DNA of 62,505 nucleotides, filler included, from Nemertoderma westbladi (taxonomy: Eukaryota > Animalia > Xenacoelomorpha): NCBI GenBank assembly GCA_032718475.1. It is 4 parts of 4 records of this genome, joined end to end, with 100 filler letters (N's around TTAATTAATTAA, not from the genome) between each part and the next. Parts side by side here need not be neighbours in the genome. Positions count along the whole stretch, not along the records: positions 42,476 to 53,994 come from JAUCBJ010005861.1; positions 54,095 to 62,505 come from JAUCBJ010000262.1; 2 more parts are not named here. One strand, written 5' to 3'. The translations under genes and the position numbers were made by a program. The notes under the pieces were generated by a model, which worked only from the letters and a program-made list of their open reading frames with translations, made no database searches and was not told the origin of the DNA. Below, piece by piece: positions 50,476 through 62,018 of this stretch. Numbering within the stretch: the first letter of the stretch is position 1; each line of letters opens with the position of its first letter.

Positions 50476-53292
50476 TCAAACCATATAAGTATATATACTA
50501 CTGTCTTTGTCGCTGAGTTCATCGCTGCTGAAATCATCACCACTGGTGCAGTAAGTATCATCACTCGTTTGAATTGTTACTGGTTTATGATTTCGTTTAC
50601 CTTTGATTCTACGACGAGACCTTGGAATGTTTCGAGGAGGCATTATCATTGCAGGATCTTCATACAACTGTGATTCTGCATCCTCCAATTCAATTGCTGA
50701 TTCTCTATTTTTATCTAAAACATAATAATCTGGTAAATTCCCATTACTTTGTCGAGCAGCTGCTACAGGAAGTGGCTCCAAATACTCATCATTTGATATT
50801 TCCCCACTGCGATCTAAAACAACATATTCCGGACGTGTGCAATCGTCGTTGGCTTCAGATGGAGGGAATGTATTTTGTATTTGGTGGCTTGTTCGTCTTT
50901 TGCCTTCACTTCGAATTTCGGCCAGTACATTAGTTGAGAAAACCAGCTGATTTGGAAGGGGGGTAATAATTGTTGGTTTGTTATGATATCGTAAGGGTAT
51001 CCGTGGCAGTGAGCGGTGCTTAATAGATGCAGGGGTATGTGGTGCTACATCCTCGTAATGGGATTCGGAAAGAGATCTGGTGTCAGTTGATTTCGCACTA
51101 CGATTAGACTTGAAACTCTCTGCACGTGAAGATTTGCGTTCGTGAAGCATTTTCAGTACAGGATTATCTGATATGTTAGGATGTTGCTTGGGTGTAACGG
51201 GCTCATATATAGGTTCATCTTCAACAGTCTGTGATTTACGTGAGCAACTGGCGGCATCATCATAAAATGAGGAATCCGGTCTAAGGTTTTTTGAATCTCT
51301 ATAACCTGAAAAAACATGATCGTTTATTTCAGCACTATGGGCTTCTTCATAGTCTTGATTGGGAGTTTTTACTGCGGTACCTTGGACACTGTTTGCTAAT
51401 GATTTTAATGCTGATTCATTATTAACCAATGAATGTTGGCGACCTCTACAGGACTCTTTAGTCTTTTTGTCTTCCTCTTCATCACCAAATTCCGAGCATG
51501 ATGCTGGAGGAAGACTACCAATCATTGAACATGATTCTAAACCACTCAATGAAATTGCCCCATCATCGTCAAAATTTGGGTTATCGAAAGACATTTTGTG
51601 ACTGAGTTTGGCATCAAAGCCATTGTACATTTCCATAGAAACTTCAAGTTTAGTATTTCTGTAGTCAGATATGACAGGCTGATATGCATCATCCAGAGGA
51701 TAAACACAACCATACACATTCTGTGTCGAGTTGCGGGCTTGTTGTTTGTCAGTTTCTTCATCGTTTTCAATGAATGTCTTAGTGGAACTTGTTCTACTCT
51801 TTAACATCAATAAGAATTTAATTGGCCATACTTTGAATTTTGATTTATACCAAACACAAAATAATAATAATGAAAGTATTATCAATAACATCAAACCAAA
51901 AGTGGCAAATATTGGAGTCATTATTATAGCTTTGGTTTCTACTTTTAATTCTAATACTTTACTTCCCTTTCCAACAATATTTAAGAATATGCAAGTATAA
52001 AAACCTTCATCATTTTCGTTTAATTCGTTAATGCTTAGTGTTGACTGAGTTACTATAGCTACAATGAACCCGGTGTCATCAATATCTTCCGTAACATTAT
52101 TAATGATGTCATAATCAACTATTTCATTATTAACTTTAAAGTTGCCACTGTTATTTCTCTTATACCATTGTACTCCATCATTTGAAACATTAACGTTAAT
52201 GACACCTGGGTAGCTTCTAGTGAGACATGAGAGCATTGCCAAGCTGCCTTGGGTATATGTGTTTCTATCTTTTATTGCAACTACTACTGGCGTGAAAAGT
52301 ACTCGAAGATCAAAATCCCTCGAGAACGAAGTATTAAAAGAATCACAAGTAGCTACTGCATTGAAGTGTCCACTATTTTTTCGACTCAAATTAATTATAG
52401 AATTAGTCAAAACTGATGAAAAGTTGGGGCCCTTGATTTCGAAACTAACATTTGTATTCGAGTTGTATTTCCAATCCAGATTCACCCTCTGGTTTTCCTG
52501 GAACTCATATAGAAGTGAACGATTGGAATGTTTACTATCAATAATCAACACAATTTCGTCGCAAAATGCAGGAACGATAACAAAATCGATGTTATTGGTT
52601 GTATCAGAATAACCCCCAACGGTGCAAGTAGCATTTGTTTTGAGTATCACTTGATGGGTGACATTGTATTGGATGTCTTTAGTATTGTAAACTTTGTCTT
52701 CTATGTCCCAGATATATGTCATTCTTAGTCCAGTGACCACTTCAGATTCCCAACTTCCTAAGATACTTGAACCGTTTTGTACCACTAGAGTCAGTGACTG
52801 GTTATTTGGAATGTACAATTTTTGATCAAATCTTAATAATGCTTTGCAAATGACATGTGTCACAGATAGTTTTACTGCAATGGATTTTTGTGCGTTTGGT
52901 CCCATTGGTGGAGTAATACATCTATACTCTCCACTATTTTCCAAGGTAACATGGGGAAAATTCAGGTTTGGCGAAGTAAAAAATATTTCACCATTTTTTA
53001 GCCAGACAATATGTTTGAGGGTGTTATTATTATTTACGGATTGCGAAACTCTACAGTTCCAGTTTACTTCGGTTCCGATCAATATGTGTACATTGTCAGT
53101 AATGATGACGTCATTCGTAATCTTGTCGACAATTTCAAGAGCGAAGTCAACTTTGTTTTTATACTCATATAAGTTGACGACATTATCGCGTTTCTTGTGG
53201 TGGTGATGCATCATAGCCTGCAGATCATCTATTCGACTTAAACATCCTTGGATGTGGAACATAAACCACAAGATTAAATGCCATCTCATCAT
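50476..53292 (-). CDS. Single-pass Ig-superfamily receptor, 938 aa, single exon, long Tyr-rich cytoplasmic tail
   Basis: Signal peptide, Ig signatures (C..WLKNG..SGEYRC; LSC..WYK..DEGFYTC), TM IIMTPIFATFGLMLLIILSLLLFCVWY, about 455-aa low-complexity tail with many YxxV/L/P motifs. Confidence 0.85.
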   Translation of the reverse strand: MMRWHLILWFMFHIQGCLSRIDDLQAMMHHHHKKRDNVVNLYEYKNKVDFALEIVDKITNDVIITDNVHILIGTEVNWNCRVSQSVNNNNTLKHIVWLKNGEIFFTSPNLNFPHVTLENSGEYRCITPPMGPNAQKSIAVKLSVTHVICKALLRFDQKLYIPNNQSLTLVVQNGSSILGSWESEVVTGLRMTYIWDIEDKVYNTKDIQYNVTHQVILKTNATCTVGGYSDTTNNIDFVIVPAFCDEIVLIIDSKHSNRSLLYEFQENQRVNLDWKYNSNTNVSFEIKGPNFSSVLTNSIINLSRKNSGHFNAVATCDSFNTSFSRDFDLRVLFTPVVVAIKDRNTYTQGSLAMLSCLTRSYPGVINVNVSNDGVQWYKRNNSGNFKVNNEIVDYDIINNVTEDIDDTGFIVAIVTQSTLSINELNENDEGFYTCIFLNIVGKGSKVLELKVETKAIIMTPIFATFGLMLLIILSLLLFCVWYKSKFKVWPIKFLLMLKSRTSSTKTFIENDEETDKQQARNSTQNVYGCVYPLDDAYQPVISDYRNTKLEVSMEMYNGFDAKLSHKMSFDNPNFDDDGAISLSGLESCSMIGSLPPASCSEFGDEEEDKKTKESCRGRQHSLVNNESALKSLANSVQGTAVKTPNQDYEEAHSAEINDHVFSGYRDSKNLRPDSSFYDDAASCSRKSQTVEDEPIYEPVTPKQHPNISDNPVLKMLHERKSSRAESFKSNRSAKSTDTRSLSESHYEDVAPHTPASIKHRSLPRIPLRYHNKPTIITPLPNQLVFSTNVLAEIRSEGKRRTSHQIQNTFPPSEANDDCTRPEYVVLDRSGEISNDEYLEPLPVAAARQSNGNLPDYYVLDKNRESAIELEDAESQLYEDPAMIMPPRNIPRSRRRIKGKRNHKPVTIQTSDDTYCTSGDDFSSDELSDKDSSIYTYMV

Positions 53293-53994
53293 TATGTACT
53301 AAAAGTCGTTACTATTATTAACTGAAATAATAATTATTTCCAATGCAATGCATACATTTATTTTTAAGATAATAATAATATAACTCATAATTGAGCAGAA
53401 ATTTTTGGAGCTGTTTTATTTTTTTGTTTTATCAGTCATTTTCCAGTGCCAAAGGGATGTTTCTATTAACTCAACACAATTATATTAACAAAATTATATT
53501 CAGTCTATATTAGTTTGCACATATGACGTAAATACTTATTTCAACTTAGTCTGTTTAACGTTGTTATTTTCGAGTGGGGTTAGTCCCTACTCCTTTTATT
53601 TCTAACAGACGATATATAATGGCTATTATGTAATCGGTAACTTTAATGCAAACAATACTCAAGCTTGTAATTAATTGAGGTAATTTAAGTTCTGGAATGT
53701 TAGATCCAACAATTATCTCGTATGCATGCAATAATTTATTTTGTTACATTATGTCAACTTCTCAGCGTTCTGGTGAATTACTCGTAACGCAACGCTACAA
53801 AGTACTACTTTGCAGCGTTGCGGCCTATAGGACGGAACGTGCAAAGTAATCAATGACATGGAAACAACTTCAATTACCGTATTCCAGAATGTATTATTTC
53901 CATTTATATTAATGAGTGCTGCTTTATTATCCAGTTTGTAGTGACGGGCGCGGGATTAGCTACTGTATGTAAATAATTGTTTAACGTGTAATTA

Positions 53995-54094
53995 NNNNNN
54001 NNNNNNNNNNNNNNNNNNNNNNNNNNNNNNNNNNNNNNTTAATTAATTAANNNNNNNNNNNNNNNNNNNNNNNNNNNNNNNNNNNNNNNNNNNN
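53995..54094. other. Artificial contig spacer
   Basis: N44-TTAATTAATTAA-N44. Confidence 0.97.
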
Positions 54095-54719
54095 TATATA
54101 AGTATTTTGTTAATAGTTTAGTAATAATTTTATCCTAACTATAGGAATATAGTATTTATAAGAATTTTCAGGTATTATATATTTCTACGGTATCATATAC
54201 CGGTAATAGTCAGTATTGTTAGTTGCATAGTATTCCAGTAATCATACTGCCTTCTGTATTCTGTACTACCCTATCATCTAGGCCTAATGCTTGGTTAGCT
54301 CTACTTATAATATACATACATTATACTTGACCTCATGTCACTCCATTGGTAATGCGCAGCCCCACATCAATAATCACATCTATCTATCTAGGAGGAGGAG
54401 GTGCCCCCTATTGTTAAAAGGTGGTTGTAATAAGCTGATGCTGTAAGGCAGTGTTCAAGTGCAAGGTGAATTTCACCTTATATACAATAAATACACATAT
54501 CACAATATGTAATAAAAGTAATTAGGACACTAATGAAATACTAATTAATATAGATTACATAATGTTTCCACCTGCGGTGCGGTAATTGCTAATTTAAAAA
54601 AAAAACCATGGACAAAAGAACAATTAAGAATTTTAGAATATATATAGAGAATTAATAATTGAAAGGAATTTTACATTAACTGGTAAATATAATTATTCAT
54701 AAGGGAGAAATCATATGCT

Positions 54720-54930
54720 ATTAAATAAATTGGAACAGCGATTTCGATTTCATGCACCGGAGTTCATCAGGTAGAGAGTTCCAGACACGAGGACCTCGAA
54801 AGCTCACGGACCGCTGGGATGAACTGAGATGTAATAGCGGGAGAGTGAAATCCGATCTGGCAGCAGATCTGGTGAAGTGTGAGTGGACTGTGTTGCGTTT
54901 TTGAAATAGTATGGAAAGTTCGGATGTGGG
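54720..54930 (-). mobile_element. CR1/L2-like LINE extreme 3' fragment
   Basis: HSHFTRS...SVSFRGPRVWNSLPDELR..KSKSLF, a characteristic LINE ORF2 C-terminus. Confidence 0.65.
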
Positions 54931-55090
54931 ATATGTACGGTTTGAATGGAATACAATACGGTCGGTAGCTAGGGGGTGTGGTGTCCAAGTGACAACCCCC
55001 CGGTCGAACAATGGCTCGCGCCCAATCATTTTTTTTTGAAATTTCTCTCTACCATTTTTCTTAATTCTAATCGTCTCATCTATTCTGCAG

Positions 55091-55281
55091 GTAAAGAGTT
55101 TGTTAGAAATGGCAAACCCACCTGTATCGTTTATGGAAATAGCGCGGAAGGGTGGAGTAATAGGCATTCAGGTTGTATGGAACTGCGATCTTGATTGGCT
55201 GTCTGAGCACTGCCAACCAGCTTATAGAGTGCAGCGATTGGATGACCCACGCGCTGTAGTTGAACCCGGTCATAGTTTTAG
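55091..55281 (+). CDS. P2RX: P2X purinoceptor-family channel, internal exon (ectodomain)
   Basis: TTCTGCAG acceptor and AG|GTTAGT donor. Encodes VKSLLEMA...GGVIGIQVVWNCDLDWLSEHCQPAYRVQRLD...PGHSF, matching the P2X GGxxGIxxxWxCxLD....CxPxY..RLD signature. Confidence 0.9.
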
Positions 55282-55303
55282 GTTAGTTCAGTAACCATTT
55301 CTA

Positions 55304-56574
55304 CTACTACTACTACTAGGTCGAGCGAACTCAGACAGTGGAAATGAGATCCTTCCAGGCTTCCCGATTCTCCATAGTTGTCGCAATTTCGTTTCTCCCA
55401 AGTTCAGTATCCCTTTCAAGTTGATCTATATATGTTATGGCCGGTCGTCCACGACTATGGTGATGAGTTGGTTGCCAGAGAAGTAGATCTGGTATGACAT
55501 CGTCTTTACTTCGCCAGCAGTGCCCACTGAATCTTAATCTGCGTTCACGGAGGGTGGTTGATACAGGTGGTATTGTACCATAAAGCTCGGCGTTTGTCAT
55601 ATGTTGTCTCCAGTTGATGTTTAGGGCTGCCCTTAGTTATCTTGTGTAGCAACCATGAATCAAGTGATTTAGTCAGTGTCCAGGTCTCACCCCGTATAAA
55701 AATACACTTTCCACTGTGGCTCGAATAACTTAGTCTTCAGGTACCTGGAGAGATCTGATTTCCAGATGGTATCCATTTTTGATAGAGCTACCCAAGCCTT
55801 TGCTTTGCTAACTCCTATGTCCTTTTTGCTACTCTCCATGATCCAAGGTACTGGAAGTCGTCGACCTTCCTTAGTTGATTATGGTCAAAGGTTGTCAAGT
55901 TTCCATTAAAGGTCATGAATTCGGTCTTGGTAGCATTTATATGCAATCCAACCAATGCATCCCTCTCCACTTGATTTAGTAGAAGCTGTGCATCTGCTAG
56001 CGTATTAGAGAGCAGGGCGATTTCATCCGCAAAGTCGGTGTCTGTGACTGTAGTTGCCGGATATCTAATACTTCTGCGTTCTTGAAGTGTGAATCCCAGG
56101 TCTTCACCCTTTGTGGCTGTCCTCATTACGTAATAGTTTCTCGTTCTCATTACAAATAGTAATGGTGCTAATGTGTCACCTTGCAGTACGCCAGCCAGGA
56201 TAGAGAAAAACTCAGTTTCACCATCTGGTGAGAGTACCTGCGCTTCTGTGTCACAATATAACAATCCAATGCCAGCAACAATTACTTCTGGTATTCCATA
56301 AGCTCTTAGGATTTCAAGCATTTTACCTCTATGGATGGAGTCGAATGCCTTCTTGAAGTCCACAAAAGTCATGACTGCGGGGAGATTCTTTGACTTAATT
56401 CCTTCAATCAGTCTCCGTAGTGCAAGTATCTGAGCTATTGTTGATCTACTTGGTCGAAATCCGTTTTGGCTCTTACGCAGTAGTTTCTCTATGTGAGGCC
56501 TAATCCTATATAGAATCATTTTATTGTATATTTTGGCAGCTACCACAAGCAGACAGATCCCACGATAGTTGGGA
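55304..56574 (-). mobile_element. 5'-truncated RTE-clade LINE inside the P2X intron, disrupted ORF
   Basis: NYRGICLL, QNGFR, FVDFKKAFDSI, GVLQGDTLAP, FADE, YLG. (TAG)n 3' tail. 11-bp TSD AACCATTTCTA at 55293-55303 and 56575-56585. Confidence 0.92.
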
Positions 56575-56854
56575 AACCATTTCTAATACTCTAATATTAC
56601 TACTACTATTCTAATAATCCTTTTAATTTTTTATAGAATAATAAAGCGCGGTCACGCAAGTCAAATTAATTAGATAAAGAGCTTGTTAAAGAGAATCTAC
56701 CTACAGAGAATTCAAATTAATAAATATATGTTTTCACTTAAATGTTAATAATTAATATTAATAATAATATACGTCATTGTTATTAAAATATAACTTATGG
56801 CACGAGTGATATTGTTGCCATGCATAAATAAATTATATTTAACTTACTTTTCAG

Positions 56855-57161
56855 CTACGCTACGCACTATGAGTACAACGGAACCATATACAGGACTTTC
56901 ACAAATGCCAATGGAATACTTTTGGAATTGAGTATAAGTGGAAAGGCTGGGAAATTCGATGTAATTCCACTGGTTGTTAACATAGCCAGCGGAATAGCGT
57001 TGCTATCAATAGCATCTTTAATATGTGATATTATTATGTGTTATTTGGGTAAACACAGTGACTTTTACTACAATAAGAAGTTCAAATCTGTATACGAAAC
57101 CAGTATTGGTCAATCTGACTTGAATTATGGCTCGACTGCTGAGAAGTCTTCTATTAGATAG
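56855..57161 (+). CDS. P2RX: P2X purinoceptor-family channel, last exon (TM2 and C-tail)
   Basis: TTACTTTTCAG acceptor, phase compatible with the upstream exon. YATHY...RTFTNANGI...GKAGKFDVIPLVVNIASGIALLSIASLICDII...YYNKKF, including the TM2 Asp and the YxxxK-type motif. Confidence 0.92.
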
Positions 57162-57322
57162 ACAAATTGGTCGAGAATCTCACAAACAAACTGTTTAGCA
57201 ATTTAGAAACTAATTTTTTTTCAAAATGTTCCATAAATGTTGATTGCATAATTATGTATGTTGATCTTGTTAAAATTCGCTCATCCTCATAGATTTGGCC
57301 CCATACATTGGTTTTAATACCG

Positions 57323-57646
57323 CCCATGTGATGAATACCAGGATTTCACTTTTCGGTCGACTTTTTATTGGAATTGTATATATGAAGATTTTTTATTTTT
57401 TTTAATTTATCTTTATTAAGTGTTTTATAGCGCTTATTTCTGTCTTATAACCTGTACATATACTAATTCGTTTATTGTTTTGGTTAGATTCAGCCTTTCT
57501 GTAACCTGTGTTTTTGGTCAAAACCTGGTATTCTTCACATGGGGGTAACTGCAAAGTGAAATATAACGGCAGAAAGTCTGGTATTCTTCACAGGGGGGTA
57601 ACTGCAAAGTGAAATATAACGGCAGAAAGTCTGGTATTCTTCACAT
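57323..57646. repeat. Small inverted-repeat element with a tandemly duplicated right end (53-bp unit, 2.3 copies)
   Basis: CCCATGTGATGAATACCAGG at 57323 is inverted relative to CCTGGTATTCTTCACATGGG at 57524. Unit starts at 57525, 57578 and 57631. Confidence 0.75.
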
Positions 57647-59618
57647 TTAAGCAGAATTACAAGAATAAATATCGATTTCTGATGAACTAGAAATTTGTTT
57701 CTTTTTGGTAGAAGATAGACCAGTAAAAGTGATACACAACCAATCGCAAACTGGCAATACGGATATTACGTAAATGTAATATACAATCTCTCCCATTCTA
57801 AAACCCAATAAAGGTAAATAAAGTAGCTTCATAGAAAACGTAAAGAATTAAATATATTAATTAAATAGGAAAACGTAAATACGCACACATTGATTGGTAA
57901 TTAATTACAACAGGTTACAATAATTAACTAACTGCATTAAAGTAGAGCAAATATAAATAATATCGATAAAACATTCAGTATAAAATCATCTCATATAAAA
58001 TACCAGCGGAATATTTACCCATTTAAATGGGGGGGGGGGGGGGGGGGGGATTCATCTGATGCAGAATTTAATGGGGAATTCAAATCTTAAAATCGTTTGG
58101 CGAGATCTTTATCAGTTCTCGAGTAATCGCTGTCATTCCGTCTACCAGTTTGTCCGTCAAAATTCAGAAGACAGACAGACAGACAAACTGTCAGACAGAC
58201 ATATTAGATACCACCACTCATTAAAACTGACATCAGAAATGAAATCACCGACTAGTGACTGGTAGGGATTAATTACTTGCGCTTTTCCACTAAGGTTCCA
58301 CGGAATTGGTAACTCCGTTTTTAAATTGTTTTATGTTTCACTTTTTATATTTTACAAAAAACCCACCTAGTCTAATTGAAGTAAATTCAGAATGTTACAC
58401 AAGACGCCGTACATTTAACTCAAATAATATCGACATTTACTGCATCTTGTATTTTTGGGTAGAAAAATAATCGTCACAATTTGGGAATAAAAAAAGTGAA
58501 AAAATTAAAACAAATAACTTAAATAACCCGAGTTGCTATGGTGATAAACTCACAAAAATATGGTACTCTAGATGCCAATCGGCTTGTAATATTTGGGAAA
58601 TTTTTGATTTTTTGTGTTTTTTGTTCATTTTTTTAGTTGAAGTTATTTAATACATTTTACCGCAGGTATAATGTTTTTAAGATATTAATTAACTTTACCT
58701 ACTTTACTGCTCTATTTACAACACAAACTAATAATAATTATAACACAATAAAACATGATTATTAATAATATATAAAATAACAGTTATTTGCACCATGAAA
58801 TTCTAATAAATTAACCTGAATCCGAACTACAATCAACCTGAACATCTCCCCCGCCTGTAATGATATTGCTACCACACCCAGCTCTATCGTTTACTGAACA
58901 ACGCTGAACTTAGGGTCTGCCGAATACACAAACTAGTGTTTCTGAGAATTCTAGAAATTTTTAGATATTCTAAAGTGCAATTTATTTTATTAATATTAAT
59001 AAAAACTAATAATATTTAATAAGTTATTTGATGCTTTAAAGTCACTTTAATTGTCTAATAATGGTTTTATTATAGGTTAAATCACTTTTCAAATAGTAGT
59101 GTAATTTGTGACGGTCACGGCGATGTTGTGTGTAATAAAATTATATAATTAAATGTAATAAAATTGTTTTAGTCAATTTTATTTGTTTTCAATATGTTTT
59201 AAACTGTAACTGAAATAATTGTATTGTATTATACGTAATTTTTATTACTTCGTAGGCCTACAATATGCATATATACATGTAAAATGAATGGTTTTTGTGT
59301 TTTATAAATGATCACCTTATTAATTGAAATAAAAATTATTATTTTTTATATATATTGCTGAATAATTAATTATAAATACTTTTTTATCACTCAGTAAAGT
59401 TGATTATAAAATTGAATCAATTTGGTTGCAGTATAAAATAGAAATATTGCGTCATTTCATTTAATTTATAATAGAAACTAACTAATGACCTAGATATTGC
59501 AAGTTGATTTTAACTTTTTTTTTTAACTAATTTTGGTAGAATATTAATTAACGATTTATTCTCAGAAACACTAAACCGAACCTCTACTATTGCTATTATT
59601 TATTATTGTTTGCTATTT

Positions 59619-60619
59619 TCACTTTAATGAATTCGGCTTCCATTTTACTTGCTGTTCCTGCGTGGGTGTCTGGGTTCGCTCTTCCAGTATAACTGTATCC
59701 CCGTTCCGCATGTTATACCGATAGAGTTGCTTCTTCGGGTAACGCATTTCCTGGGGTCCTACGTAGGAGTCCTGCTCGACGTACCAGGCGCGCACACGAG
59801 GCCCCGGAAGTGACGTCACCGTCTCCATACACTGCTTAAACTCCTTCACCGTCTGGTACACGTTAACCACCCGAGTTTCCACGCGACCGCTAAACTCCAC
59901 CCTGAGCTGCACCTCGACCTGCGGACTCAGATCGATCTCGGCGAGTCTCGCGAGTTGTCCGTGGATGGCGACCAACTCGTCGTACCGCCTCGGCCGGGGT
60001 TCCGCGTCCAGGTAGTGACGTATGAAGCAGCGTTCCGCGGCCTCGCGTTCCACCGCTGTTACCGGACTCCCGTTTAGTCGGGTTATCTTACCGAGTTGGG
60101 CGACGCACAAGTTCCTACGGAGTTTCGCCTCGTAGGATTCCTCTAAGAAACTAATCCCCTGTAATCGAACTTCTTCTAGAACCGGAAACTCCGACAATCT
60201 ATCGATAGTTTCCCAGGATTCTAAATTCGTCTCAACAAGATTAATTATCTTCAATCGAGGGAAAACTTCCTCGATTATAGACGATTCGAAATCGAGTTTT
60301 CGAAGAGGATTTTTCCGCATTACAAGATTCCTAAGGTTCGGGAACGCGTAACCAAGGCGACAGATGGGAGAGAAGTTATGGAAGAAATTATCGTTGATGT
60401 AAAGGGTTGAGAGAACTGGGTGGGCGGCCGCGGGTAGGTCTACCTCCGATAGTTGGTTTATACTGAGATGGAGTTCCTCCAAGTCGGGGAACATTGCCAG
60501 CAGCTGGGAGACCACGGGCCATGTGACACCTGTCTGGTTAACGACCAATCGTTTAAGTCGAGGCAGCGGGATGTCTGATAGGGATGGGGGGGGATTACTT
60601 AGGCCAGGGATCAACTCCA
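59619..60619 (-). CDS. TBCEL: Tubulin-specific chaperone cofactor E-like, exon 2 (LRRs + ubiquitin-like domain)
   Basis: Acceptor TTTTTATGCTAG ends at 60620. LEELHLSINQL and FPNLRNL LRRs, LNGSPVT..ER..AER.FIRHY, ELVAIHGQL..LAEIDLSP, C-terminal UBL. Confidence 0.93.
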
Positions 60620-61234
60620 CTAGCATAAAAAGTAAATTTTATGTTTATTTATTTATATTAATTTTCATATAAATTTCTAAAAGCCAAATTGAAATATTGA
60701 CTAATGTAAATTGTAAACCCAATTGCATGTGTTTCTAAGGGACAGGCTTACACTCCCGAACTCCCGAATTTTATATTAATTTTTCCATTGATTTGATATT
60801 CCATGAAAAGGCTTCCTTTTGGGTGCCGTTACTCGTTATGTTTAATCTGTTTTTGTTTTATGTTGAAAATTTTTTTTTTTTTGCAATTGGAATTAAATTT
60901 AGGAGCAGGTTATAGAGACTGGGTTTTCTACCAAAGCAATAAACATTATAGAATTAATCATGAAGAGAAATGAATGAAAAGGCTTTTCTACCCAAAACAA
61001 TAAACGTGATAACTAATCATTTCAATTGAAACAGAAAACTTCTCGTACAATTTTTTATACTTATCGGTAGTTAGAATCCCTAACTCTCTGGTCTGTTTGT
61101 TTAATTCTTGATTGAGAAAAATATTATTATGATATTTGGTAGTTGAGAAGGAAATTCATATGGAGTTATAAAATATAAAGTAATTAAATTAAAAAGAAAA
61201 GCTTCTAGTGGAACTTGTTTGGGCTAAGTAATAC

Positions 61235-62018
61235 CTGGTTGGCGTAAACGGGGAGAAGACTGTAACGGATTACTAGAGACGTTAAGGAATTCCGCGCGAG
61301 CGAGACAGCTGGCGATGTCGACGACTTCGTTCCAGTCGCCTATAAGGTTGTTCCCGAGGTCCATCTCGGTGGTTCGATGGCAGATCTTGGCAAGTTGTTT
61401 GGTGTCCCCGGCGCAGGTGACACCGAGGTAGTTTATGGCAACTATGGGCGGGACCATGAGGACTCCGCTGGGAGATTTCTTAACAGGTGAGTTCGAATAG
61501 AAGATGTTGAAAAAGTCGCCGAAATTATCGTCGCTGTATTTCTCATTGAGAGCCTCTACGAGACTTAGAGAGGGTTCTCTAATAGTCGAGTCGAAATGAT
61601 TCGAAGATTCCCGGGTGGTGGCGGGGTGGAACACGTTACGTTCCTCGGTGACACGGAACTGATCGGATGAGTTCCGCGACGGTGTATCGTCTGCGTCAGT
61701 AAGTCGACACCGCATTATACTGGACCGCGTGGGGCAGCATAAGGGGAGGGAGGGTTGTTCCTCTGAACGAGATACGCATTTCTTTGTGTGAGGGACGCGT
61801 TCCATCCCCTTGGGAACACGTGCCTTCTCGTGAACCCGTAGAAACTCCTCTAAACTTGGCGAACGGGACTCAAGAGCGAAGGTCTCCTCAACAGCCGTCT
61901 CTACTTCCGACATTATCTCATTGAGAGCAATCTCGATGTCGCCCTCGTCAACTGCTTCAGTAACATCTAGGCCGTTGTTGCCGCTTAACTCCATGCCGTT
62001 GGCGGTTACGCAACGCAT
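61235..62018 (-). CDS. TBCEL: Tubulin-specific chaperone cofactor E-like, exon 1
   Basis: SLVEALNEKY, GVTCAGD, EMDLGNNLIGDWNEV, EFLNVSSNPL. The CAG|GTATTA donor is phase 1 and joins exon 2 in frame (G+TG = Val) across a 615-bp intron, giving about 594 aa. Start codon uncertain. Confidence 0.9.

Noticed and set aside
211-62018. A neural gene cluster (Eph, POU3, Ig receptor, P2X, TBCEL)
   Set aside because: The genes lie on three different contigs joined by artificial spacers; only POU3-Ig and P2X-TBCEL are demonstrably linked.
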